Below are positions 1 to 13,900 of a stretch of DNA of 64,000 nucleotides, piece after piece. The DNA is from Takakia lepidozioides (Eukaryota; Plantae; Bryophyta): the NCBI GenBank assembly GCA_030704615.1, contig CM060732.1:78988001-79052000 (forward strand). Reading direction: 5' to 3'. The notes under the pieces were generated by a model, which saw nothing but the letters and a program-made list of their open reading frames with translations, did not search any database and was not told the origin of the DNA. Position 1 is the stretch's first letter, and each line of letters begins with the position of its first letter. Position numbers and translations under genes: made by a program.

Positions 1-3000
1 CTTGATGTAACCGCTGGGACCCATACTGAACTGAGTATAAAGGAACGCAGCGAGAAGAATTTAATGAAACTATAGGGAGAGAATAAGCGTAAGCTTAGGA
101 AGCGAGAAAACAACTCAAGAGCAACGTCTTTTTTATTGGCGAATTTTCGCCGGATTTCAACCTCAAAAAAATAAAATAGAATATTCTGTCACAAATTCCT
201 TGTTTTTCATGGATGAAATCGCCAAATTTCTCCAAATAAAAAAAAAGTTATGGATGAATTCGCCAAATATAGATGATATACGTGGATTGAAGTACATAAA
301 TGGATGAAATTTAGTAGATGAACAGAATGTACCGCTATTTTTTGCAAAACTCTGTAGCCACTCGTGCTGTTTTCCAAATTTCTTGAAAAAAAAATCACTG
401 CTCAGGAGAGAGGGAGAAGTGGTACTTAAGTTAGTCTGGACTAGAGAAGGGCGGCAAACCGATCTGTCCCGTGTATTAATTAGCCGTCGCTTCTAGCATG
501 GGATTGAGTGAGAGCGCCGGCTGCATGGAAGGAGGGACGGTGGCCTCGCCAAACTTTACGTATACAAGGACTTTTAAAACGTCAGAAATCTTTAGTTATG
601 TCTCAAGGGAGCCTTCTAGACGGGGCTCACCGCTCCATCCTACTTAGCTACATAGTATATGGAATTGTTTTGGAAAGCTCTAAAACTAGAAGGAGGGCCC
701 ACGTCATATCTTACTTGTATGTTTTCCCACCTTTGGGAAAGCCCCTGTGGGACCCATTAGGCCTTTTGAAACAAAGTCCCCAGGTCTGACGAGTTGGGTG
801 CCCCCACATCCATGCTGGACCCATTTCTTGAACCAAACAACCATCAATATGTGTAGACCAAGTGTTGGACTGGTATATGTATTAATATATGCACTGGTAT
901 TAGATACCAGACCAGTCTGGTATCATTTGGGAGAATATTGGGTATCGTCAAGGCTCAGAAATCTCAAGTACATGGTTTCCAGACATGAAATCCCATCTTG
1001 GAGTCTATACCAGTGTTGGACTGGTATCAAGTTTCTTACATACCAGATTGGTCCTGGTACTAGACTTATCACGAAACTTTCATACCAATCTGGTCTATAT
1101 AATGGTGGATATATTTTTTTACAGATATTGGTATGAGTATGAGTATCATGACCACAATACCAGCTGGTATTAGATATCAGCTCTGGTCAACACCAAAACC
1201 ATCTTGAATTACAAGTTCATCAAATAAAGTATCAAGTGAAAACAAGCGGCTTTGCCATAAGAGGCTGTCTCCTTGCTCTTTCCTTCGGTGATTTTAGGGT
1301 TGTTGTTTTATTCTTTTTCCACGGCTTCATGAATCATGCCCATCAACCCTCCATAGACTAGGCTTAATGGATAAGCTAGTTCTACCCCTTGACAAGGTGT
1401 CTCCACAATGCCTCTATCCCTTGCGGGACAGAGCCAACAAATAAAATACACATAAAGAAATGAATATGCATAAGCACAAGTATGTAGGCACATGTACGTA
1501 CAAACCAGAGTAAAGGAAGAAGGCGGGGGGGGGGGGGGATATTGGTATTGTGGCTGGTATGAAAAAACTGATGATTCCATCTGCTGACACATCTGAGTTC
1601 AAATCCACCTCCAGTGAGCCTTGGGCCCACTACTGCCCCTGTCAACATGTTGAAGTTGACAACTGAAGAGCCTGCCTGACAAACGACAGAATGACTCACG
1701 CCGCTTATTATAGCCCACATGCCTGCCCAGAAGTCTTGCACATAAAACGTGCCTCCACACACCCCACCCTCTTGCTTTCTGACACTTGACACCCATCTCG
1801 ACTTCGAAATCCGCAAGCATTCTTTTCAACAACCCCAAAGACTTTGACACTAGATATGTATCACATATTTGACGGCTCCGTGCGTTCTGACAGGGATCCC
1901 CACTCAAATTTGGGCTCAGGACTCTCGGGAGTGAGAATGACCAGCGGGGAAGGATGAGGTGTGAATGCAGCTTCTACTTTTCAGACATGAAGAGCTTCAT
2001 GTCTCTCTAACCAAAATTAGAAATGAAGCTCCGGTTGTAGATTACCGATTGCAACAGGAAGAGGGTTACACAGTATGAGAACTTGGGGAACATCAGCCTT
2101 TCATGTGGGGTGCTCGAGGAATAATTGTCAAAGGTCGGGCAGGCGGGGGCAGAAGCAGGAGGAGTCGCTATGGAAAACTTTGGAATGTGTAGTACGCAAT
2201 GCCAGCTCCGACCTTCGATCTGGGTCAGCTCAATGTCTGAGGGAGAATGCAGGTTACGCAGCTTCGACAGTGTCCTCTAAGCAAGGAATTATGTCTGCTA
2301 CGGATGGAACATCACAGACATGTTTTGGGGACTTCCCAGCGACTCAGAGAGTTGCCCAACTCAATGCTGGTGATGCCTCTTACCCAGGTACGGCTATGCC
2401 AACTTCAAAGAAATTAAAAACCTTTGATGCTCGTCTCACCTCAATTCCGTCCACCTCGATTCCGTCCAATTGCTTTGCACAAGGGAGGTAGCGCTGTCGA
2501 TTTTACGTAGAGAGAGGAAGTCTGCGGTTGGTCTCAAGCGTTTTATATATCTGCTATAATTAGTCTAACTTGGGCGTCGCAAACCGAGCCCAGGTGTAGA
2601 TTCAAGTAAGCGATCTTTCATGGCCTCCCATCCGCTGTTACATATTTGCAGCTCTTTCTAGGTCCCGTTGTGTGGATTTTTACTAGCACTCCTGTTCCCT
2701 TCCGCATGAACGCCTGGTATGACCGGTAAGGGTTTAGGGTTTAGGGGCCAGATTCCTGTCAGATGTGCGATGATAGATTCGGAATTGTGTTTGACAAGAT
2801 GGTAAGAGTAAATTTCCGCATAATAGGGATGTATTCTCTTAACAATCATACCAAGAAGTCTTTTTGAGGTGGCACTTGCAGGGAGACGCTACGGTTGGCA
2901 ACAAATCGGGAGAGAGCAAGATGGTGCATATCAGGGGCTCACTATCCATACGCACCAGCAGGGCTTGGTAATCTTAAGGGCCCTGTAGAATATAGATAGC

Positions 3001-4704
3001 AGAGTACAAGAATTCTTATCCTTGCGGTTCATGCTATGCAACATAGTGTAGCCTACTGAAATTGTCTTCGGCAGATCTGAACGTAGATGTGCTAACAATG
3101 AGGTTGTAGGGACTTAAGGGTGGATATATTTAAGGCTGTTGAGAGCACAAGAGAGAGAAAATGTACTCTTAAGATGCCGTTTGCCGGAGCCTTGTGGCCA
3201 TAGACCCTGTGCCCAGTTTGGGCGGAAGAGAGAGAGAGTGTGTGTGTTACATAGCATGTCAAAGCTAGACAAGGAAACCTTAAACACAATGTCTTGTGTT
3301 TATTTCTTTTTAACAATGTCAGACAACCTAATTTGGGCACCATCCTACTTCCTCCACCCAGATCTTGCCTCCATACCTCCCTTTACATATCCTTACTGGA
3401 GACCAGTTTTTAGGTGTTCTAAGTGGCAATCAGATACACACTAGGTAGGCCCTTCTTACAAACAGATCTCCCTCCTCACTTTCGTATATTAGGAAGCAAC
3501 AATGAAGTAGGAAGTGCACTAGTGTCTCCTTAAAGGCAACTCCTCTCCATGTAGTTAAAACTTCATAGATCCTTCAACCCATTCAGAGCAAAAAAGCAGT
3601 AGTATGTGAACACCAACATATAAAAACAGATTTGATGTTTGAGAGAGCTCAAGCCTAACCCCCTTAGTAGCATGTCCTGCAACAAAAGAAGGTGAAGTGG
3701 CCTCACCTGTATCCATCACAGCCAACTAACAAACCAACAGGTTAGGGATCCCTGTGGAACCCCAGGCTTAAACTACTTCACACTTGCTATCGATGTCATC
3801 CCTGCAGCAGTCATAATAGCAAAGAGAGGAGAGGTAAGGCAGGTCCTTGCAGCCATTTCAGGCAGCAGTACGTATACAACTCACCGCTTCCATGCACCAG
3901 CGGGAGGGGGTGGTGGTCTCATAACAGCGAACACTATTCCCAAAAGGAAGGTGTTACTAGAGTCAAGTATTCAAGCAAGGGCACACATAGAAGCCCTTGG
4001 TTTGCAAGTATATTCATAGATTCAAAGTAGAGCTAGTCGAGTCCATGTAAAACTCTTAATAGTGTGCACCCTCGTCGTGTGGCCATGCTATGCAGCACTT
4101 CAAATTGCTTAAAGAGCCTGAATGAGTACTTGCTTGTTGCCGCAGTTCAGCAGTAAGGTGACTCCTCCTTTAGCTCTTGCCTACTCGTCTTCCAAATGAG
4201 AAGATCGGCCAGGACTTCTGAGCTTACAGGGCAGCTGCTGTAGATCAAGACTTCAGGAAAACCGTAATGAGTCGTTCTGTTTTCCGTTTTTCCGTTTTTC
4301 CGTTCTGCTCTAGGTAAAAAATTCTGAACGGAATTAGGCAATTCTTGAGTGGTGTTACCAAAAACTTAGCCACCATAAGATAAAAGCAACGCAAAGAGGT
4401 TATTGTTGTTATGTCAAGACAAGATATGACTGATTCATACAAAATCAGTTTAGAATTTTAATGACATCGTCTGCCTCAAACAGGACCCATCATACTTTAC
4501 AGTCTCTTCTTTATTTTCAGCTTACCTTTAGTCTTGGGGGGAGGGCTGGGAAGTAGAGACCAAGTCCCTTTCGGTTCCCACAGCCAGAGAAGTTTAACAC
4601 CACCTTGATAGTCCAGCACTAGGTAAACAAGAGTACCACATCAGATACTACCCAAGCCAAAGCCGAAGCCAAATCCAGAGGGCATCATTGTCAACCCACT
4701 CTAG

Positions 4705-5003
4705 GAGTCACAGGCAATTCTAACCATGATCAAGCAGGTAGAGACGTAGTGTCTATCTGTATCATTCTGGAACCAGAGTGGTAGCAGAAAAACGAGTTAT
4801 GATATTATGTTTTGTTTAAGGATGCAGACAAGCTTGGTCAATAGGATGAGGCTTACAGGGGAGGGTAAATATTGGGTGGCTGGTGGAGATAGAGCCCAAA
4901 GAAGGTGAATCTGGTAGCTGAGCTAGTGCGGGGCATGCGTGTAGATGATGCCATCTTGCAGATGGCTGTTTCTCCTAAGCGGGCTGCAAAGGTTGTTTCC
5001 AAG
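4705..5003 (+). pseudogene. Organellar (mitochondrial-type) ribosomal protein uL22 gene relic, two exons (about 4705-4737 and 4893-5003)
   Basis: Manual splicing gives ESQAILTMIKQ|SPKKVNLVAELVRGMRVDDAILQMAVSPKRAAKVVSK, with GT donors at 4738 and 5004 and AG at 4891-4892. This matches the uL22 N-terminal core. An in-frame TAG lies just upstream, and no downstream exons were found. Confidence 0.75.
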
Positions 5004-7112
5004 GTATGCTTTTATGTTTTCCTCTGTGCCTTTGAGAGTGTGTAGTCATGCGAGTAATGCCTTGTTATTAGGGAGAGGGGTAATGACCCAGTGAGATCAA
5101 CCTATTTAGTTGAGTGGTAATTTTACCTTTATGACTAATCTCATCATGGATAGGTCCATATCAAAGTTGGTGGCCCTGAGGTCCTCATCTCGGTGGGGGT
5201 TGAAAATCACCAATCGAGTGGGGGGGTTGAGCCTACAAGGATACCGAATACAACCTGAATGCCTGTGCACCTGTGACAGCAATGGTCTCATAGCTGGCTG
5301 GAGTGACATGAATGTTCCAGAAGTGCTACTCTAATCCTCCTCCTTAAATGTATAGTGACGCAGGTCTAGTGCTTGTTACACTAGCTCGGAAATGCTGTTT
5401 GATGATAAAACAGAACAGACATTTGGGGGATGAGAGGAATGTACAGTCAGGGCCTTCTGCAGTATATTTTTTGACTTGAAGGGCTACTTGTATTCGTCGG
5501 AGCAGGTCTAGAGATCCTTATTTGGGAGTTTGCCAATTCTTGCTTCAGCCACCTCTCATATGTACTTTGGGCTGTCTCATCCCCTTTCTAACCCGGAAGC
5601 TCAATATTGAAATCTCTTCATAAAGTGCCTGTGGTCATTTATGGGTTCAATTTGAATCCGCGTTCCTTTTGTGTTTGTATCCTTGTCTATTTTGTCCTTG
5701 CTTCATCTTCATGCTCTTTTCCTTTTCTTTGCTGTTTGTTTCTGGTTTTCTGTTCTGAATATCTCTCTAATCGTGTATCAGATCTTCTTAGTACTTTTTT
5801 GGTTACCTTTAATTTTAAGTACTTATAAGGACGCTATAAAGTCGCCTGTGGTCGTTCGTGCTTTTACAGGTGGTAAGTTCAGCTCGTGCAAATGCAGTAC
5901 ACAATTTTGGTTTGAACAAGAACCGCCTCATTGTGGGTGCGTTACATTACTGCCTTCTTCCCTGCTTCTTTGTGTGTTTTCATGAAATTGAATCTTCGTC
6001 CTTGTCAATCTAGTGCTGTTTTGCATTTCTTCAGGGCTGTTTAACTCCTATCTCCTCTGTCATAGCTCATATTTACTGTGATTAGCAGTATTAGTCTTAG
6101 CCTCGTGGGTCATATATGTGGCGAGGTAGGGGACACTCGGGCTTGATTCAATATCAAGCTTTCTAGTATGATGTCAATACCAGCTCTTATTCGCACGCTC
6201 AATTCTCTTCAACATAGGGACCATGCCGTTACAGAAAAATCATAGCCGGAGGGCATGTTGGTGCCTCCCATATCACCTGTCATGTCACCTGGTTTTTCAA
6301 CCTTCTCTCTCTTGCATTTACCTCATTTTCTGTAGCCGTTTTTTGTCTCATTATCCATTTCTCATTTCAGTTCTTCGTTTTCATTTTTTGGAGCGAGAAG
6401 CCATGAATCTATACCCCAAACCCCAAACAAACCACAAAATTAAACTCAAATCTTATCAAATATATATATTATTATTACATTAAATTTACGATCATACTAA
6501 ATTTTTAACAACCTATTGAAGGATATTAGTCTTCAGACAAATCTAACAATTCATTCGATTTAATTAAAGCTTCAAGTCTTCAAATTGAATGTAAAACGCC
6601 TTGTATATTAAAATCCTTTATCCAATATTATACAAACATTAGTTTTTAAACTTTAAACCCTAAATTAAAAATTCTCAAATCTGATTTAGTATACAATCTT
6701 AAGTAGAATAAGACCCTATCAAAAATCAGGTTCTCTCACTACCCTCCTCCTGCTTTATCTTCCAGTATATTGTTAAAGACAAGAAGAGATGTTGGCTGCT
6801 ATGCAGAGAAGAGAACAACGATCACAAAGCCACCTCAAGACAAACCCTTCCAGGTTTGTTCCTGCAACACAAACTTCAGCTATTAGAATCATGAACAACC
6901 TAGCAGATTCGGTTGATCCTCTCAGACACCTTCTAGTCAGATGCTTTCCAAGACAGGGTACAGTTTGAAACCTCGAAGTTAAAAAATTGAAACCAAAACC
7001 CCGCAGGAATTCAAGTGGGTGAAATCTTTGTTCCCACTTGACAAGAGAGTCAAGTTCTTCATCCAAGAGCCATCATTTGGGACTCATAGTCTCGGCTGCC
7101 CCATCCAGCCTG

Positions 7113-10100
7113 ATGCAGATTAATCTTCATGGAATGTAAGAGGGACAGGCTTTGACCCTACTGCCCTCAAAAGAGTCAGGTTGGCCACATGGCTAGCACC
7201 GCTTCGGAATCACCATAACTTAGTCTTTAATCCAAGAACACAAGCAAGACAAGTGAAAATTGGATGGCTCCTCACACATGTATGGCCAAAAGCTCTTGCT
7301 CTTTGGAAACCCACCTCCGCAGGATCTAGGGGTGGTACCGCTATTCTCTTCTCATCTGCAATCCATCCCCTCATCTCTATGGAAAACATATGGGTCCCTG
7401 GCAGACTGCAATTCTGTGCTCTCTCTTTACCCAACAATCAGGGCACGCTAGGCCTAGTCAACAGTTACGCACCTAACAACGCCCTTGAAAGATCAGATTT
7501 CTGGTCTTTCTTAGACACCAAAATGCAAGAACACCCAGCCATCTCCCAATGGATCTTGGTTGGAGATTTCAACATGACAGAAAACCAGCATGACCGTAGA
7601 AGATCTGGCCTAGCCTCCCCAGCGGAGGACCTTAATACCTGGCTGTAGTTAGTCCAAAATCACAACCTTGTAGAAACGGAAACCATCCATCAGAATCAGG
7701 GAACCGACCCACCCCCCACCTCTACTTGGACCAACAATAGAACCCTCGCTGACCTCCAGATGGCCCGTTTAGACCGGATCTACACATCTATGAACATTAT
7801 TCAGTGGGCATCCAGGCTCCCTCAGGAACCCATTCCGCCAGGCTTTGATCATGCAAAGGTCACTGCAGCTATCCAAATCCCAGACACCAGTACCTGGAGG
7901 CAAAAAGAAACTAGGAGTTGCTTCAATCTACACAAGAGGGACAACTCAGACTACAGGCTGGAATCAATTGGGCCGCGAAGGGGGAAAAAATGTGCAAGTA
8001 CTTCTTCGACAAAGCTAGACAAAAAAGAGCCTCCCAATCTATAGCGGAGCTGTCTAGCCAAAATGTAGGATCACCAGCCACTAACCCCAAGGACATGGCC
8101 ATTTTGGCTGCCAGCCATTTTCAGTCCCTCTTCCATAGCAATCTGCCCCCCCTTCCTCCCACCCCCATCCAAAATCAGTGTCTATCATTCTCTCCAAGAA
8201 TGCTAAACCCTTCTGCAGCGGGTTCCTTCGAAGGAGAGTTCTCGGACAGAGAGCTAGAGGAAGCCCTCAAAACACTTCAGAATGACAAAATACCGGGACT
8301 GGATGGAATCCCAGTGGAATTTTACAAGAGAGTATGGAAAGACATCGTCAATGATTTTCTGCTCATGGCCAACTACATCTTCCAGGAACATAGAATGCCC
8401 AGCCAGTTATCTCAAGGCATCATCATCTTCATCTTCAAGAAGGGGGACAGGACAAATATTGCCAACTACAGACCCATAAACCTGCTCAACGTTGCCTACA
8501 AAATCATCGCTAAAGCCCTAGCTATTCGCCTGCAGCCCCATCTTCCAACCATCATTCGTCCGAGTCAGACAGGATTTATTAAAGGAAGATACATATTGGA
8601 TAACCTTCGGCTCGCCCAGGAACTACCCTTCTATGCCAAAGAGACAGACCCAACAACTAGCCCAGATCATAGAATCCATGTTTGCAGACGACACCTTCTT
8701 GGCCCTGCAAGCATCGAAAACCAATCTGGACAGAGCCTTCCTTACCCTTCAAAACTTCTGTATGGCCTCCGGTTTTAAGGTAAACTGGAGCAAAACTTGT
8801 GCCCTGCTCGTGGGAGACACAACCAGATCTCAACTGGGGCTGACACCTAACTGGGGGCAAGACAGGGCTCCACTGGCTTAAACCAGGTGAGACCACAACC
8901 CTCTTGGGGTACACATTCGGAATTGATATCTCAGACCAGCAGAGATTCGAGCCAACAGTCAAAAAACTTAAGTCCAAAATGGTGTACTGGGGCTCTCACC
9001 ATCTATCCATCACGGGTAGAACTATAATAGCAAACCAAGTGCTGGAATCTGGCATCTGGTTCTACGCATCACCTTGGAGACCATCTGCCATGCACATCAA
9101 AGAAGTGAAAACCCTTATGCGCAACTTCATTTGGGGAGCTCGGAATCCAGGAGAGAAAAAAAGACCACAGGTGTCCTGGATCCAAATCTATCTACCTAAG
9201 AAAAAGGGAGGCCTAGGTATCATCGACCCGGAAATTCAGATTACTGCCCTACTAGCAAAATGGATCCCTAGATTCATAGGACCCGAGGGAAGAGGATGGA
9301 AATCCCTGGTTCATAATCACATCACCTTGGCCTCGCCCCTTAAGTCGTGCTTATGGTTCCCATCCCTGAGATGGATCTCAGACGGTTTCAAGCATAAAGC
9401 CGTGGGCTCTCCACTATGGAAGTCCATCTGGACGTCGTGGTCCAAGCTTTGCCCCCTCCTCTCCAAAAAGGCGCCATCATCTTACGATGATACCCTGCGG
9501 CAAGCCCTATTCCTGAACACGAACAACCCCACTAGGGCTCAGAAGATCCAGGCTAAAAAATGGTCTGCTTGGGACCGCAAAGGAGTTCGCAAGGTCACGG
9601 ACATATGGAGAACCAACTCTTTCATTCCAAAGGAAGACATATCCTCTATATTAGGGAAAAACAGAGCTAACTATTCCTATGACACTGTCATTCAAGAGGC
9701 GGCAGAGCTGTGGCTGCCGAATCTCCAGGAGGGACCAAGCAACCCTGAAACCCATTTCTGGACTCTAGGCATCGTACATGGAAAAATAACAGTCATCTTC
9801 GTAACAAAAACCCTCCCTTTGTCTCTCAAGGGATATCCATTCCTGGTAAACACGGATACAATGAGACTCAACTTGCAAAGTGTCTACCCCCTCACATTTC
9901 CTACATTCCCCACCCCCATAAGAATTTGCTGGTGGTCCTCCAAGTCCAGAATCATGGACCCCATTCCACCCCTAACTGTTACCCTGCAGGAATGGCTAAG
10001 ATCTGAAACCTTCGTGTGGATATCAGGAAGGCCATTAGCAGACTTGGAGTTTGATCCCAAGGAGTGGGAATGCTCCCTCCAAAGTCTCCTTTCTAGAATA

Positions 10101-10900
10101 CACCACTAAATCGGCCTACCGGGCACTTTCCAACCCTCAGCCAATGCAGGCAAAATGGAATGAACGATGGAGTCATTTCCACTTCAACGAGGAGAATTGG
10201 AACTCCATCTGGGGAACGATCTGGAACAAAACAAGGCCAGCAAAGATAGCAGCCTTTTTATGGCAAATAACAAATAGAGTGTTGAAAGTAGGAGAGTGGT
10301 TGGGTTTGGAAGATACTCTTTTATGCAGATGCTGCTCATCGGCAGTAATCGAAACCCTTGAACACTGCTTGCGGCAATGTCAGGCACCCGCCATCCTCTG
10401 GCCTCTGGTCAAGCACTTCTACGGACCCTGGTCCAACAGCCAGCTCTCCCAAGTACAAATTCTTCTAAACTACAACCAGGTCTAATAAACCAAAGCTCTG
10501 CATTGCCCGGTTTGGACGCTCTTAGGAGCTCCACCCTCTGGCATATATGGAAAGCAAGATGTAATAGAACTTTCTCTGCTAAGACTACATGAATATCTGC
10601 ACTGCTCGGTCACATTTACCAAGACCTGCAAATTGAGGCTAGAAGGGCATGGGCAAAATTATGTGCAGATGTACAAAGAGATGCAAGGCAGGCAGCCTCA
10701 TTACACACATCGTTTGCCTCGACATGGGGGAAGAACGGCATCATATGCGACAGCCCCACCAAAGATAGCTGCACATGGAATCTCTTGCCCCAGGCTTCCT
10801 GGAGAGACATCCGCGGCACAGTTCACAGCATCGCCGGAGTTTGACAGGGACATTAATTGGAAAGCACATCAAGCAAACATCAAAGGCCTCCAAACTCACC
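7113..10900 (+). mobile_element. Degenerate L1-clade LINE ORF2 (APE endonuclease, reverse transcriptase, zf-RVT)
   Basis: Endonuclease motifs SWNVRG, NSYAPN, WILVGDFN, ARLDRIY, DH. RT motifs KIPGLDGIPVEFY, NYRPINLLNVAYKIIAK, QTGFIKGRYILDN, FADD. Also PKKKGGLGI and CRCC..ETLEHCLRQC. Several frameshifts, stops and internal deletions. Confidence 0.93.
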
Positions 10901-13900
10901 TTTCCATGATCCTAGTTCGCTCTCACGCTAGGTAGCAGGCAGCTTACGATTGCACCCTGCAGGATTTCGCAGATACGTATAATCGTAGTACTAAGTACCT
11001 CTGATCTTTCGGCTTAAATACGTGTTAAAGGCACCAGGCCTTGATAGTTGGAACTATACTCTGAAGAGTAGCAGGATCCCCGCTTCACTGACTACGGTGT
11101 GTGAGAATCAAAAATTATAGTGTGCAACGGATTAAATTTTTTCGTGGCACATCTTTTTATTGTATCATGCACTAGTATCCCTTCCTCTTGCCATATTCCC
11201 AAGATCAAAAAGAGCCGCCTGACGATTCCGTTATAGATGAAAACGTGTCATTTTTTTCAGTAGCAGGCGCGTGACAATGTTTATTTAATATATAATAGAT
11301 ACATGTATAAGTTCCGATTTCTTTATTTCTTTATACAATTTCTTAAATGTTTCACAAAACAAAATTGTAATTGTTTTTTTTTTCGGAAAAAATTGTACTT
11401 TGGAAAGTATATAACTCGTTTTTTATTTTCTTAGAATTGAAAAATATTTCCCTTCAAATAATTCCAAATAAAGTTGTCAGGGCCGCTACCCTGTTATTAT
11501 ATATATATATATATATATATGCCTTAATTGTTTTTAAAAAAAATCTAAATTAAAAATATGTAAAATGGGAACCTCAGTAATAATAATAATAATAAATATA
11601 ATATTTGACGCCTCCTGAAGGAAGCGTAAATTATGGAGTCTCTTCACCCCCCAAGGGTTACTGCCTTCCATTCGGAAGGTGGACACCTTTGTGGCACCAA
11701 TTGGTGGATTGAACACCCGACCATTCAACCTCAGTATGTTACTAATCTGCCCCACCCCTTAATATAACTTAATGTGGGGACCAAAAGAGTACAAAAGCGA
11801 AGTTGATGAAATGCTTTACATTATTTTAATTGTGCTCTTGACCGGTGATAGCCGGTCGTTCACATCATGGGCCCAATCACCTTCACTCCGGCCTGTAGGC
11901 ACGTGCAAGGCATCGGAGAGCATGTAGGACAATTCCGTACGTTATTCGATGGCCATGATCCGGTTTTCCCGGACCCAGTGAAACTCCGCCAATCGTACAC
12001 CGCATATCTCGCTAAAACCAGTAGATAATATTTCACTATACACTTGAGCAGGTAGCCCAATGGTTGGGTATTTGTGCCTTGCCTGTGCATAACCTAGGTG
12101 ATCCTGGGTTCAATCCTTCAACATGTGCCTTCACACCGTCCATTGGGCCCTCGATGGCCGGTGTGTTGAGCAGTAGGCTCTGTAAATTCACTGGACGTTA
12201 AAGAATCTTTATCTTTATCTTTATGTACCTTCCAGTAACTTACTAGCTTACTCTGTAAATTCACAGGACGTTAAAGAAACTTTTAGCAAATAGTAACTCA
12301 CTAGTATCCAGTAGTTACTATCCAGTAACTTAATAGTAAATGGTAACTCACTAGTATCCAGTAGCTGGTAAGTTCGTTACTCTCAGACGCGAATCGAGAA
12401 GGTCAGTGAGATGATGCGGCCACAGCAGCTCAGGGAAAATGATGAGCATTGACAGGATGAGGGCTATCGGGGATGCTTCAATATTACTATCGGTTCCTAC
12501 ACTTTGGAAATTTTGCGATACAGAGTTTAGAAACTCCTCGGAAACTGTTCTTTCATGCGTTGCAGAAACTGCAAACTCATGAGAACTTAGAAGTGAGTCT
12601 CGCTGTCGTGGTGGTGCTAACAACGACTATAATTGTAATGTCGCAAGTTTAGTTTAATCTTGAGCCGGATTCTCCCCTCGCCCAAACCTTGAATGCCGGG
12701 ATGTTTCTTAATTCATGAACATCGCCATAATTTCCATCTCCGTCATCTGAAGCTACCCTAATAATGAAAGGAAGAGGAGAAGAACAGACAGAGAAAACTA
12801 ACATTGAAGAGATGACTTTAAACATCGAGCTTGACATATTGTCGGTATATGTAGAAGCATGTGTACATATGTAACCAGCTCGCAATTTCAAGAGCTACCG
12901 AATTTGGCCTGGTCATAGAATAAAAGCACATGTCTGCTGCTACAGTACGATTGTCATGCTGACTACGGCTGTATGTAACTGCATGTCTGATGAGATACAA
13001 CAGACCAGACACTTGGTGGATTTCGTTATCGAGGGTAGTACATAGCTCATGTGCGGCAGCGGGAGAGCCGCAGCCCGCAGGGATCTCCTACGGCTGCGGC
13101 TCTCTTGCATGCGAGACGAATTGAGAGAAAGACACCGAGTGGAAAAAGTACCAGGACTTTTCCGTTGAATGATCCGGATTGGAGAGTACATATCGAATCA
13201 TCGATTTGCAGACCCTCTATAGAAACTACCTGTCCAAAAACAAACACGACTGCCTACTTGCAGGAAACCTGTATCATTGTCTGGAGCGCCTGCAGAGCTA
13301 ATTGCTATGATCAGTTGATGAACGGAGCACGAGGGGACCCACACAGCGCGAGCGCTAGTCACGACGGCACCTATCGAGCAGGCAAATTGCACGTGCGCGG
13401 AGCCCACACCCCGTGTACGCAGGCAGGGGTCCCGCAAGGTAGGCCCCCCTCCTCCTCTCTTTGTCAGATAGCGCGGGCGACATTTAAGTCAAATGGTGAC
13501 ACCTATAGGCTAGGTAATCCCACCCCAAGTTTCAAGAGATCAGTGCTGATCTTTTGCTACAGTTGCAAAGAACTTTCAACTGGCTACCTATTCCAGCCTG
13601 ATAACTTGGATTAGAAGTATGTACATTCCTGTGGCTGCCGTTGTTGCCAGTTCCAGGAGAAAACATTTGGTAGACCTGATTATTAGTGGGCGTTTTAACC
13701 GTGATCATAATTATCAACCCTTCTCTCTTGGTTGTGTTGGAGGAAGAAGTCGAAAGCTGCTTTTTGTGGGTTTGCCAAAGCATACATGCTTTACTCTGTG
13801 AACGAAGAGCAAGCAAGAGTCTATCTAGTCCACGCTCTAAACCACAGCCCTCTTACTAGGTTGAAATGCAAGCATCCGCTAGGTCGGTTTGATCTCATGG

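Noticed and set aside
11680-12125. tRNA genes (gttcaatcc B-box-like motifs near 11710 on the minus strand and 12107 on the plus strand)
   Set aside because: No cloverleaf could be built. At most these are decayed tRNA-derived SINE heads.
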